The notes under the pieces were generated by a model. That model saw only the letters and a list, made by a program, of their open reading frames with translations. It had not been told where the DNA came from and did not search any database. Positions 37,130 to 46,538 of a DNA stretch of 64,000 nt are shown here, piece by piece. The number at the start of each line of letters is the position of its first letter. The stretch's first letter is position 1. A program made the position numbers and the translations under genes. The DNA comes from Candidatus Enterousia sp. (GTDB lineage: Bacteria > Pseudomonadota > Alphaproteobacteria > Rs-D84), in contig JAZTWA010000012.1 of NCBI GenBank assembly GCA_045635585.1, positions 19,315-83,314 on the forward strand, read 5' to 3'.

Positions 37130-38962
37130 TTATGCTTCGGAATTTTTGCGTGTCTTTTTACGAATGTTACTGTCCAATTCTTTTTTGCGCAGACGAATTG
37201 TATCAGGTGTGATTTCGACCAGTTCGTCATCCAAAATGTACGACAGTGCTTCTTCTAGTGATATGTGGCGGGGTGGGGCCAAGAATAATTTTTCATCGGC
37301 AGTTACAGAACGCATGTTTGTTAATTCTTTGCCTTTGATTGGGTTTACTTCTAAATCGTTTTCTTTGCTATGTTCGCCGATTATCATACCAGAATATACT
37401 TCGGTTTGTGGATCGATAAACAAAGTGCCACGTGGTTGCAGATTAAATAATGCATATGTGGCAGCCGCGCCTTTTTCCATAGATACCAAAACACCCGGAC
37501 GATATTGCATAATTGGACCACGATATGGACCGTATTCGGCAAATACACGGTTCATGATGCCGGTGCCACGTGTGTCAGTGCGAAATTCAGACAAATATCC
37601 AATCAGACCGCGTGATGGTGCAGAAAATACAATACGGGTTTTGCCACCACCAGATGCCTTCATTTCGGTAATAGTGGCTTTGCGCTTTGTCATTTTTTCA
37701 ATGACAACACCACTGAATTCGTCATCAACGTCAATTACGACATCTTCGATTGGTTCCAGTTTTTCACCGTTTTCATCTTCGTGCATGACAACGCGTGGAC
37801 GTGATACAGATAATTCAAATCCTTCGCGGCGCATCGTTTCAATCAAAATACCCAGTTGTAATTCGCCACGACCAGAAACTTCGAATGCTTCGTTGTTTTC
37901 ACTTTGTTCAACGCGTAAAGCAATATTTGTTTCTGCTTCTTTGAATAGGCGTTCGCCAATCATGCGTGATGTCAATTTTTTACCGGATTTACCCGCCAAT
38001 GGTGATGTGTTTACAAAAAAGGTCATCGTCAGGGTTGGTGGGTCAATTGGCATCGCAGGAACAGGTTCGGTTACAGATGGGTCACACAGTGTGTCAGATA
38101 CGGTTGCACGTGAAAAACCTGCAACAACCACAATGTCACCCGCAGATGCTGTGTCGCGTGAAATTTTTTCAACACCACGATGTTCGATAATTTTTGTAAT
38201 TTTTGCATTTTCGATAAATTCACCATGCATATTTATTGCTTTGACTGATTGACCAACACGTACAGTACCTGATTCAATTTTTCCAGTTAAAATACGACCA
38301 ACGTATGGATCTGCTTCTAATGTTGTGGCCAACATTTTGAATGGTGCGTTCAATTGACAACGTTCGCCATTGCAGTCGGGGGCAGGTACATGGTCAACAA
38401 TCAATTGAAATAGTGGTGTCAAATCTTTGCGTTCGTCATCGAGATTACGAACCGCCCAACCATCGCGACCAACAGAATATAAATATGGAAAATCTAGTTG
38501 GGAATCGGTTGCACCCAGTTTGTCAAATAAATCAAATGTTTCGTTTAATACTTCATCAGGGCGGGCATCAGAACGGTCAATTTTATTAATACATACAATT
38601 GGACGCAGCCCCAGTTTTAATGCCTTGGATAATACGAATTTTGTTTGTGGTAATGGGCCTTCGGCACTATCAACCAACAAAACAACCCCGTCAACCATGG
38701 ATAAGATACGTTCAACTTCGCCACCAAAGTCTGCGTGTCCGGGTGTGTCAACGATATTAATCTTATATTCGCCCCATTGAATAGATGTTGGTTTGGCGGA
38801 AATTGTTATTCCGCGTTCGCGTTCGATGTCGCCACTGTCCATAACGCGTTCATCAACACGTTCGTTTTCACGGAATGTGCCAGCCTGTTTTAACATATTG
38901 TCAACCAATGTTGTTTTTCCATGGTCAACGTGTGCAATAATTGCAATGTTGCGAATTTTCAT
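37130..38962 (-). CDS. typA: Translational GTPase TypA/BipA
   Basis: MKIRNIAIIAHVDHGKTTLVDNMLKQAGTF...ERVMDSGDIERERGITI. 610 aa. EF-G-like domains without LepA-specific features. Confidence 0.9.
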   Translation of the reverse strand: MKIRNIAIIAHVDHGKTTLVDNMLKQAGTFRENERVDERVMDSGDIERERGITISAKPTSIQWGEYKINIVDTPGHADFGGEVERILSMVDGVVLLVDSAEGPLPQTKFVLSKALKLGLRPIVCINKIDRSDARPDEVLNETFDLFDKLGATDSQLDFPYLYSVGRDGWAVRNLDDERKDLTPLFQLIVDHVPAPDCNGERCQLNAPFKMLATTLEADPYVGRILTGKIESGTVRVGQSVKAINMHGEFIENAKITKIIEHRGVEKISRDTASAGDIVVVAGFSRATVSDTLCDPSVTEPVPAMPIDPPTLTMTFFVNTSPLAGKSGKKLTSRMIGERLFKEAETNIALRVEQSENNEAFEVSGRGELQLGILIETMRREGFELSVSRPRVVMHEDENGEKLEPIEDVVIDVDDEFSGVVIEKMTKRKATITEMKASGGGKTRIVFSAPSRGLIGYLSEFRTDTRGTGIMNRVFAEYGPYRGPIMQYRPGVLVSMEKGAAATYALFNLQPRGTLFIDPQTEVYSGMIIGEHSKENDLEVNPIKGKELTNMRSVTADEKLFLAPPRHISLEEALSYILDDELVEITPDTIRLRKKELDSNIRKKTRKNSEA

Positions 38963-39055
38963 TTGTTTGCCCCATTTTATTTAATAAATCGGATATAGGG
39001 TATAACAAAAAATTGCTTTTTTCAAGTGGTTGACCGGATTTTTTTTGTTCGTTGC

Positions 39056-39083
39056 TTGACATAATTAAAACCTTGTCTATAAT
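39056..39083 (+). promoter_or_regulatory. Near-consensus sigma70 promoter
   Basis: TTGACA, 16-bp spacer, TATAAT. ~35 nt upstream of ATG 39119 with SD AAGGAAA. Confidence 0.5.
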
Positions 39084-39118
39084 TCGTGCTGTAAAAATAG
39101 TTAAGGAAATAAAAAAAA

Positions 39119-39478
39119 ATGAGTTATTTTTTTGAAGAGTTAAAATTAAAATTCAAGGCACCTTTGTTGGCTTTGCGTGATTTGGGACATAAAATTACGG
39201 GTAATGATGAATTAATAGAACAGTATAATAATATTATTATGACGCTGGCGCGTGCCGCAGATGAAGCAGAAAAGGATTCTTCTAGGAAGGCAACTTTGTT
39301 AAATGCGCTTTATAAGTTAGAAGATAGTTCATTGATTGGACAGGATGGCTGTTTCTATGAACCTTCTTATAATCCATATAGGGCATCGCGTTCCGAAAAT
39401 AAAAAGAGAGTGGAATACGGATATAGGGTCTTGGATAGTTTGGGACTGGTGCCGAACAAACAATCGCGTAGAAGATAA
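39119..39478 (+). CDS. Hypothetical cytoplasmic protein
   Basis: 119 aa with no signal peptide and no recognisable motif. Downstream of the consensus promoter. Confidence 0.4.
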   Translation: MSYFFEELKLKFKAPLLALRDLGHKITGNDELIEQYNNIIMTLARAADEAEKDSSRKATLLNALYKLEDSSLIGQDGCFYEPSYNPYRASRSENKKRVEYGYRVLDSLGLVPNKQSRRR

Positions 39479-39493
39479 TAAAAGTTTAAGAAA

Positions 39494-39940
39494 ATGATTG
39501 ATTATAGAACAACATTATGCATTTTTTTTCAGGAAGTTATAAAGTATTTGGAAAAACGTCTTGCGTGCGCCACAGATGAATTTGCGTTGAAAAGCGTTAA
39601 AAATACGATACGAATTGTTAAAATCATCTCTGAAAATACAAAAAAATATTCTGATTATGTTGTGCGTGTAAATGCGGGACTGGAAGAAAATGTTGTAGAT
39701 GGTTTTATGGCAGGAACCCAAGATAATTCGGTTTTTTTAGCATATAATCGTGTTTTGCACGCCATGGGAAATTTGGATAGCGAATTTTCGTGGAAGCGGC
39801 TAGAGGCACAAAGTGTTTTGTTAGAGTCAATGAAACAGGTAAAATATAAAAATACAGAAAATATTTTAAAAGATTTTTATTTCCCATTTTTATCGCCAAA
39901 GAAATTTGCAATAAAATCAAAACAGGAAAAACAAAAATAA
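39494..39940 (+). CDS. Hypothetical cytoplasmic protein
   Basis: 148 aa, 15 nt downstream of the previous ORF. No recognisable motif. Confidence 0.4.
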   Translation: MIDYRTTLCIFFQEVIKYLEKRLACATDEFALKSVKNTIRIVKIISENTKKYSDYVVRVNAGLEENVVDGFMAGTQDNSVFLAYNRVLHAMGNLDSEFSWKRLEAQSVLLESMKQVKYKNTENILKDFYFPFLSPKKFAIKSKQEKQK

Positions 39941-39966
39941 AAAAAACGCCCATTTGGGCGTTTTTT
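39941..39966. terminator. Bidirectional terminator between the hypothetical operon and serS
   Basis: aaaaaacgccca-tt-tgggcgtttttt. Confidence 0.65.
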
Positions 39967-41242
39967 AATGTTTCCCACCAATTTTTGTTCGACCGCCCAT
40001 TAATGGTTGTAATACCAATGGAATGTTTACAGAACCGTCTGGGTTTTGGTGATTTTCAATCACAGGTACAATTGCACGTGGTAATGCAATGCCGGTATTG
40101 TTTAATGTTGCGCAGAATTGCATGTTCCCGTTTTTGTCGCGATAACGTGTGTTTGTTCTGCGTGCTTGGAATTGACCAATTGATGAACATGAACCCAATT
40201 CACGATATGTGTTTTCACTGGGAAACCATGCTTCGACATCGTGCATTTTTACCTTGTTAAAGCCCATGTCGCCAGTACATGCGGCAATTACACGATATGG
40301 TAATTCCAAATCTGACATAATTTCGCACAGATTGTTTAATAAATGTTCGTGCATTTCATCTGATTGTTCTGGTGTACAATATATGTATTGTTCAACCTTG
40401 TTAAATTGATGTATGCGCACGATTCCGCGGGTGTCGCGACCGGCGGCGCCTGCTTCTTTGCGAAAGCATGGTGAATAGCCCGCATATTTAATTGGCAGGT
40501 CTTTTTCATTTAATACTTCATCACTGTGTAATGAATTCAAGATAATTTCCGCGGTTCCTGCCAAACAACGATCGGTATCAGTTAACATGAATACGTCATT
40601 GTTCATTACAGATAAGTCAGAACCCATAAAGTGGCCCGCATTAAATATTGTTTGTGGTTTTGTTATTGATGGACAATTTACAAATGTAAAGCCTTTGGAT
40701 ATTAATTTTTGCAATACGTATGTTTGAATTGCTAATTCTAGTTCGGCAGCTTCGCCAAAAAGGGCATATGTGCGTGTGCCACAAATAGACGCGATTTTTT
40801 CAGGTTTCCACCATCCGTTCATTTCCAACAAATCCCATTGGGCGCGTGGTGTAAAGTCAAATTGACGTGGGGTACCGACACGACGAACTTCGACGTTTTC
40901 GGTGTCGTCACGACCAATTGGTGCGTCCGCAGATGGAATTTGGGGTGTGCGATGTAATAATTCATTTATTTGTGATTCTTTATCGGTCAATTCTGCCATG
41001 TCGTTTGCAATTTCAATGCCAATTTCTTTGGATTTTGCAATTAATGGTGCCTTGTCAGTGGCAGTGGGAATTTCGCGGGTAATTTTGTTCTTTTCCGCGG
41101 TTTTGCTTTGTGTGATTGTTTTTAATTCACGAATACGTGCATCCAATGTCAAGATTTGGTCAGTGTAATCTGTATAGCCTTTTAATTCACATGCGCGTTT
41201 TACCGCATCTGGATTTTCACGAATAAATTTTATATCCAACAT
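39965..41242 (-). CDS. serS: Serine--tRNA ligase
   Basis: N-terminal coiled coil (MLDIKFIRENPD) and class II motifs. 425 aa. Confidence 0.9.
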   Translation of the reverse strand: MLDIKFIRENPDAVKRACELKGYTDYTDQILTLDARIRELKTITQSKTAEKNKITREIPTATDKAPLIAKSKEIGIEIANDMAELTDKESQINELLHRTPQIPSADAPIGRDDTENVEVRRVGTPRQFDFTPRAQWDLLEMNGWWKPEKIASICGTRTYALFGEAAELELAIQTYVLQKLISKGFTFVNCPSITKPQTIFNAGHFMGSDLSVMNNDVFMLTDTDRCLAGTAEIILNSLHSDEVLNEKDLPIKYAGYSPCFRKEAGAAGRDTRGIVRIHQFNKVEQYIYCTPEQSDEMHEHLLNNLCEIMSDLELPYRVIAACTGDMGFNKVKMHDVEAWFPSENTYRELGSCSSIGQFQARRTNTRYRDKNGNMQFCATLNNTGIALPRAIVPVIENHQNPDGSVNIPLVLQPLMGGRTKIGGKH

Positions 41243-41381
41243 TTTATTGTCCTTTGTATATGTGCCGTATTTTAATTCTCTTATTTAATAAATGCAATAT
41301 TTTCATATATTATTTTTGTTTGCATATTATTTGTTTCTTGTGTTATGGTGGGGCCAAGAGAAAAAAAAGGAAAGGTTTGCT

Positions 41382-42284
41382 ATGTATGATGTTATTATTT
41401 TAGGTTCTGGTCCCGCAGGTTTAACGGCGGCATTGTATGCGGCGCGTGCAAATAAAAAGACAATTGTGTTGGGAGGTGACAGATTGGGTGGACAAATGGC
41501 CGGTATTGCCCAGTTGGAAAATTATCCAGGTTGGGCCGGCAGTGGAAGTGAATTGGCAGATTTTATGAAAAATCAGGCCGAAACATTTGGTGCGTATGTT
41601 AAATTTGTTTCTGCAAAAAGTATTTCGGGGGATTGTGAATCGGGTTTTGTAGTAAATGCGGATGATGACAAGGAATATACGGGTAAGTCGGTTATTATTG
41701 CCACCGGTGCCAGCCCAAGAAAATTAGAAATTGCAGGTGCGCGTGAATTGATGGGGCGTGGTGTTTCGTACTGTGCGACATGTGATGGATTCTTTTATAG
41801 CGATAAAACGGTTATTGTGTTGGGCGGTGGAAACAGTGCGTTAAATGATGCCTTGTATTTGGCAGATTTGGCCAAGACTGTTAAGATTGTTTACAGAAAA
41901 TCTGAATTTACACGTGCCGAAGCTGTGTTGCGTGAACGTGTGGCGGCGCGCGAAAATATTGAATGCTTATTTAATACGGATTTGGCTAAGATTGAAGAAA
42001 AGCCAGATTCAACAGATGGTGAATTGATTGTAACGACCACAGACGGTAATCAATTGGTTGTTGATGGGGTTTTTGTTGCAATTGGACATGAAGCCAATAC
42101 GGATTATTTGTCCGAAGATATTAAACGTGATGCCTTGGGGCGATTGGCGCCTGATGCGTTGCCCAAGGGTATGTTTGTCGCGGGCGATGTGCATAGTAAT
42201 TTGAAAATGCAGATTGCAACAGCGGTTGGAACAGGGTGCAGTTCGGCAATGGATGCAATTGCATATTTAAATACTTTGCAATAA
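41382..42284 (+). CDS. trxB: Thioredoxin-disulfide reductase
   Basis: MYDVIILGSGPAG FAD motif, redox CATCDGFFY, and NAD(P)H motif GGGNSA. The upstream in-frame extension (41292) is unlikely. Confidence 0.85.
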   Translation: MYDVIILGSGPAGLTAALYAARANKKTIVLGGDRLGGQMAGIAQLENYPGWAGSGSELADFMKNQAETFGAYVKFVSAKSISGDCESGFVVNADDDKEYTGKSVIIATGASPRKLEIAGARELMGRGVSYCATCDGFFYSDKTVIVLGGGNSALNDALYLADLAKTVKIVYRKSEFTRAEAVLRERVAARENIECLFNTDLAKIEEKPDSTDGELIVTTTDGNQLVVDGVFVAIGHEANTDYLSEDIKRDALGRLAPDALPKGMFVAGDVHSNLKMQIATAVGTGCSSAMDAIAYLNTLQ

Positions 42285-42312
42285 AAAATCCCCATTTTGG
42301 GGATTTTTTTAT
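42283..42312. terminator. Bidirectional terminator between trxB and the second Stealth gene
   Basis: aaaaaatcccca-tttt-ggggattttttt. Confidence 0.6.
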
Positions 42313-43310
42313 TTTTCAAATTCTGATTTGTTTGGAAATCTGTTTTGTAAAAATTGTTTGTTTGCAGTCAATATTTCAGGGGTATTTGATTCTGAATCAT
42401 TAATACAGAATATTACCGCACGTTGCAGTGATTTTTCATGGCCGATTACATTTGGACAGGTGTATGTTGAACGGCGTGTTTTAAACCAGAATATTATGTT
42501 ATAAATTGTGTCAAAGAATTTGTTGTGGCCACTTTTGTGTGGGCGCACACGACAGAATTTTCCACGTTTGTGCACAACGTTATATAGATTAAATATCCAA
42601 CGTTGTATTTCGTTTTTTGTGCGGAATTTATTGAATATTTGATTGTCAATTATTGGCTTGATTAATGGATGGTTTCTGCATTCAATCCACGATGATTTTA
42701 GATATGCGTCAATTCCATGTGATGGTGCGTATTTATATAATTTGCGGTTATAGATTTGTTCAATTGTGCGTGCACTTAGTACCAATCTAGAACGATACTC
42801 ACTGATATTATCCAGATAAAAACCAACTTTTCGTGGATTGATATGGCGGGTTACATGTCGTACATATGTTTGTCCACGTTTTGTATAGAAAAATGATGGT
42901 TTTAATGGTTTGTTAAAAAATATATCGTCATTGGCCAATAGAAAGTGTTCCGATAAATCTTCAATTTTATCAATGCACATTTCAATACTGGTTGAATTAA
43001 ACGTTGGCAGGGCGCCATTTGGAAATATTTTTTCGTGTGGAACAATTGTTATTTTTTTGTTTGATTTTTTTAACCATTTTGGAACCTGATTAAATCCGGT
43101 TATAATATAAATATGGTTAATCCATGGGGCGCATTCAGATAAACTGCGCAGGGAATATTTTAATTCGTCGTTGTCACGATAACGTTCAATGTCGGATTTT
43201 ATGATTGATGCCGTCTTTCCGGTTATTTTTGTTTGCCATTTATTCTTTTCGGTTAACCATTTTTTATCGGCACCGTCAACCCATAAATATACTATATCAA
43301 TCTTGTCCAT
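42309..43310 (-). CDS. Stealth-family protein (second paralog)
   Basis: CR1 IDIVYLWVDGAD, CR2 NHIYIITGF, TFNSTSIEMC, LANDDIFF, YAPSHGIDAY. Co-linear with the 34309 gene. Confidence 0.7.
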   Translation of the reverse strand: MDKIDIVYLWVDGADKKWLTEKNKWQTKITGKTASIIKSDIERYRDNDELKYSLRSLSECAPWINHIYIITGFNQVPKWLKKSNKKITIVPHEKIFPNGALPTFNSTSIEMCIDKIEDLSEHFLLANDDIFFNKPLKPSFFYTKRGQTYVRHVTRHINPRKVGFYLDNISEYRSRLVLSARTIEQIYNRKLYKYAPSHGIDAYLKSSWIECRNHPLIKPIIDNQIFNKFRTKNEIQRWIFNLYNVVHKRGKFCRVRPHKSGHNKFFDTIYNIIFWFKTRRSTYTCPNVIGHEKSLQRAVIFCINDSESNTPEILTANKQFLQNRFPNKSEFEK

Positions 43311-43369
43311 GAAATAACCCCCATATTCTGTATATGGGGATTATAGACATAGGATAATAATCCTGCAAC

Positions 43370-43873
43370 TTACTTTTTCCCAAAATGTTTTTTTAATATT
43401 TCATATGCCGCAGATATACGTGCGAATTCGGTTGCAGCGGTTTCTTTGTTTTGTGCAGTGTCTGGGTGGTATTTTTTTGCCAATGTGCGATATTTTGTGC
43501 CGATTTCGCGCCATGTGGCGGATATGCCCAGATCAAATACTTTTAATGCGGACACCACATTTGTTGGTAATTTACTTTTTGTGGGCATTTTATCAAATTT
43601 GCTGCGTCCGGTTATAAAGTCGTTTATAAATTTAGCGTAATCATTGGCATCTGCATTTGCTGTATCTTTGTCTTTTAGGGTTGTGCCAAATGTTTGACGT
43701 TCCCAATCTGCTTCGATTTCTTCGGGGGACATGTCTGCGTAGTAGTTCCAATTTTTATTATATTCGGCAGCATGTTCTTGGCAAAAAAACCAGTATTCTT
43801 TTAAATCGCGTGATTTTGGTGCGCGACATGTACCAGCTTTGCCACAATTTGGGTGGTCGCATCTTTTTATCAT
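43370..43873 (-). CDS. J-domain protein with N-terminal Cys/His zinc-ribbon-like motif
   Basis: C-terminal J domain (YRTLAKKYHPDTAQN...AAYEILKK). N-terminal CDHPNC...C...CQEH. 167 aa. Confidence 0.55.
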   Translation of the reverse strand: MIKRCDHPNCGKAGTCRAPKSRDLKEYWFFCQEHAAEYNKNWNYYADMSPEEIEADWERQTFGTTLKDKDTANADANDYAKFINDFITGRSKFDKMPTKSKLPTNVVSALKVFDLGISATWREIGTKYRTLAKKYHPDTAQNKETAATEFARISAAYEILKKHFGKK

Positions 43874-44739
43874 TTTTTTATACCTTTATTTTTTACAGAT
43901 AATGGATGATGATTTGAAACAATTTCTTTTAATTTTTCGGGCATGACATGTGTGTAAATTTGGGTTGTTGAAATGTCTTCGTGTCCCAACATTGTTTGTA
44001 TCGCGCGCAGATTTGCACCGCCCGCCAATAGGTGTGATGCAAAAGAATGACGCAAGACGTGTGGACTGACCCGATTTGGGGAAATGCCTGCCAAGACAGC
44101 ACATTTTTTTAGTATCTTGAAAAAGCCGTCGCGCGTTATGTGGCCGGTTTTTCCATTTGATGGAAATACGTATTTTGAATTGGTGTCCCCACGTAATTCC
44201 AGCCATTTGTTTAATGCGTCTATGGCACCTGTGTGCATTGGAACAAGTCTTTCTTTGGCGCCTTTGCCATGGATTAATAGTTTGTCGCCCAATATGCCAG
44301 ATATAGGCAGTTCGCATAATTCAGATACGCGCAGCCCCGATGCGTATAATAATTCAATCATTGCACGCAGTCGTACAGATGTACGTATGTCGCCCGCAGA
44401 AGATATTAATAAATCGATTTCATCAATGGTTAGAAATTTTGGCAGTGCGCGATTGCGCTTTGGTAATTCAAGGTTAGCGGTTGGGTTCGTTGTAATTATC
44501 TTTTCCAACATCAAGAATTTGTAAAACCCACGAAGTGCAGATGCCTTGCGCGAGATAGAGGATGGTTTGTCGGGCAGGTTGGATAAATATTTCTGTATGT
44601 CTGATTCTGTTGCGTTCATCAGCCCCCCGTTAATCGCGTTGTTGGCAAGGTTTAAATCGGATGCGTAACTGGCCAATGTTTTTTCGCTGCGACCTTTTTC
44701 GGCAGAAAGTGCTTCTAAGAAAATATCGATATAATTCAT
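43870..44739 (-). CDS. xerD: Tyrosine recombinase XerD/XerC family
   Basis: C-terminal catalytic box HVLRHSFASHLLAGGANLRAIQTMLGHEDISTTQIYTHV (R..HxxR..Y). 289 aa. Confidence 0.8.
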   Translation of the reverse strand: MNYIDIFLEALSAEKGRSEKTLASYASDLNLANNAINGGLMNATESDIQKYLSNLPDKPSSISRKASALRGFYKFLMLEKIITTNPTANLELPKRNRALPKFLTIDEIDLLISSAGDIRTSVRLRAMIELLYASGLRVSELCELPISGILGDKLLIHGKGAKERLVPMHTGAIDALNKWLELRGDTNSKYVFPSNGKTGHITRDGFFKILKKCAVLAGISPNRVSPHVLRHSFASHLLAGGANLRAIQTMLGHEDISTTQIYTHVMPEKLKEIVSNHHPLSVKNKGIKK

Positions 44740-44895
44740 GGATATACCACAATTTCAGTCATATGCTGGGTTGATGGAAATGATATTATCATTAATATAA
44801 TTAATACAATACATACTGTCCAAAGCAGGATTTTTGTAATATTTTTATTTTGTTTTTTCTTTTTTATTGGCATGTCAAATCCCCCATAGCAATAA

Positions 44896-45954
44896 TTATA
44901 TTGTATCAAAACTGGTAATAAATATACCGGCACCCGCAATGATTATTAGTGGTGGGGCGATAATAGATAAAATTGGTGGTAATGCCCCTGTTGAACCCAA
45001 TGCGTTGAACATATTTATCAAGAAATATACCGCAAAGCAGGTGATTATACCCAAACTGAATTTTATGCCGAAACTATAATTACGACGTTGTTTTGTTTGG
45101 GAAAAAGCAACACCCAATGTTGCCATCGCAATCATTGTTAATGGTAAAAACAACAGTGTCCACAGTTGAACCCGATGACCACGAACAGGGGCGCCAATTT
45201 TTTCCATGCGGTGTATGAATTCGGGCAATTGCCAAAAAGAAATTTGATCAGGTTGTAAATATCTATCCAAAACCGTTTGGGGTGTCAGTAATGTTTGTGT
45301 CGACCATTCTTGTTGGTGTGGAATGCCGTCGGTACCCCATGTTGTCGCGTTTTTAGCGGATAGACCGTTGTTAGATAGTAATATTTCATCAGATTCAATA
45401 CGGTTTATTAATTTAAAATTGGCGTCTTGGATATAGACGGTTGAATCTGTGAATTTAAGATTTTCGCCATTTTTGTGCATTGATTTTGCATTCATTGTGA
45501 TAAAGCCGTTATCAGATGATTCGCGTAACCATATCATATTATCAATTAATTTTAAATGATTGGTGGTTATGTTCTTGGAACTGATTGATACAGAATATGG
45601 GTTTATAATCGTGCTGGCAAAAATGCCGATTAAAAATGCGCCAATTAAAAATGGGCGGGCAGATTGAAACGGTGATAGACCCGCACTGGATACAATAACA
45701 CTCTCGCTGGATTTTGTAAGATTATATGATGTTAATAGCGTACCCATAAATACCGCCAAGGGTAAAAATAGTGGGACATATTCCAACAGGCGTACCCATG
45801 ATTCGTAAAGGGCCGCAACAGCAGTCGGATTCGATGGTAATCGTTCAACGAACGTTACAGCAAAAATTATGCCGCATACGACCAGCATAACCAAACCAAT
45901 GCCGTAAAAGAAACGGCGTAATAAAAAACGATTTAAGATATTTAACCTAAACAT
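44896..45954 (-). CDS. LPS export ABC transporter permease LptF/LptG family
   Basis: YjgP/YjgQ-type: 6 TM helices with a large periplasmic loop. N-terminus MFRLNILNRFLLRRF. Confidence 0.65.
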   Translation of the reverse strand: MFRLNILNRFLLRRFFYGIGLVMLVVCGIIFAVTFVERLPSNPTAVAALYESWVRLLEYVPLFLPLAVFMGTLLTSYNLTKSSESVIVSSAGLSPFQSARPFLIGAFLIGIFASTIINPYSVSISSKNITTNHLKLIDNMIWLRESSDNGFITMNAKSMHKNGENLKFTDSTVYIQDANFKLINRIESDEILLSNNGLSAKNATTWGTDGIPHQQEWSTQTLLTPQTVLDRYLQPDQISFWQLPEFIHRMEKIGAPVRGHRVQLWTLLFLPLTMIAMATLGVAFSQTKQRRNYSFGIKFSLGIITCFAVYFLINMFNALGSTGALPPILSIIAPPLIIIAGAGIFITSFDTI

Positions 45955-46047
45955 ATCAATAAACTATACCTTGTAAATTTGATAATTGCAAAATTAAAAT
46001 GATTGCGTATAATTTTTAGAATAATTTTATATCATAGGGGTAATGTT

Positions 46048-46518
46048 ATGGAAAAAAAACCAATTTCGCGCGCGGGATTTGATAATTTGTTAAAAGAATT
46101 AAAAGATTTGAAAGAAAATCAAAGACCGGAAATATTAAAAACTGTGGAATGGGCACGTTCTTTGGGGGATTTGTCGGAAAATGCAGATTATAGTGCCGCC
46201 AAAGAAAAACAGCGTCAGATTGATAGTCGTATTAGATTTATCGAAGGTGTTATTGAAAATGCGTCTGTTATTGATGTGGATTCTTTGACCGGAAATCGTG
46301 TTGTTTTTGGGGCACGTGTTGTTGCCGAAGATGAAGATGGAAATAAAATGCAGTGCAGAATTTTGTCTGATATCGAATCGGATGGACGTACGGTTATTTC
46401 GTGTACTTCGCCGGTTGGACGTGCAATGATTGGGCGGTGCGTTGGTGATACATGTATTGTAAAATTGCCAAATGGTGAAAAAGAATACGAAATATTAGAA
46501 GTTAAGTTTAAAGAATAG
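46048..46518 (+). CDS. greA: Transcription elongation factor GreA
   Basis: PISRAGFDNLLKELKDLK...DLSENADYSAAKE is the canonical GreA coiled-coil tip with acidic DxxE. 156 aa from MEKKP. Confidence 0.85.
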   Translation: MEKKPISRAGFDNLLKELKDLKENQRPEILKTVEWARSLGDLSENADYSAAKEKQRQIDSRIRFIEGVIENASVIDVDSLTGNRVVFGARVVAEDEDGNKMQCRILSDIESDGRTVISCTSPVGRAMIGRCVGDTCIVKLPNGEKEYEILEVKFKE

Positions 46519-46538
46519 TCTTTTGATGGGGTGGGGAT

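Noticed and set aside
36178-37230. Long form (350 aa) of the RgpF-like ORF
   Set aside because: The 5' extension would overlap the typA/bipA coding region and its terminator by ~100 nt. The internal ATG at 37041 gives a protein starting MNTDNKK and is preferred.
37119-38252. 377-aa plus-strand ORF
   Set aside because: Entirely antisense to the strongly supported typA/bipA gene. The protein is low-complexity and Ser/Arg-rich with no start context.
44736-44939. 67-aa minus-strand ORF with a hydrophobic segment between xerD and lptF/G
   Set aside because: It overlaps the xerD 5' end and the lptF/G 3' end, and has no SD. It could be a small membrane protein but the evidence is insufficient.
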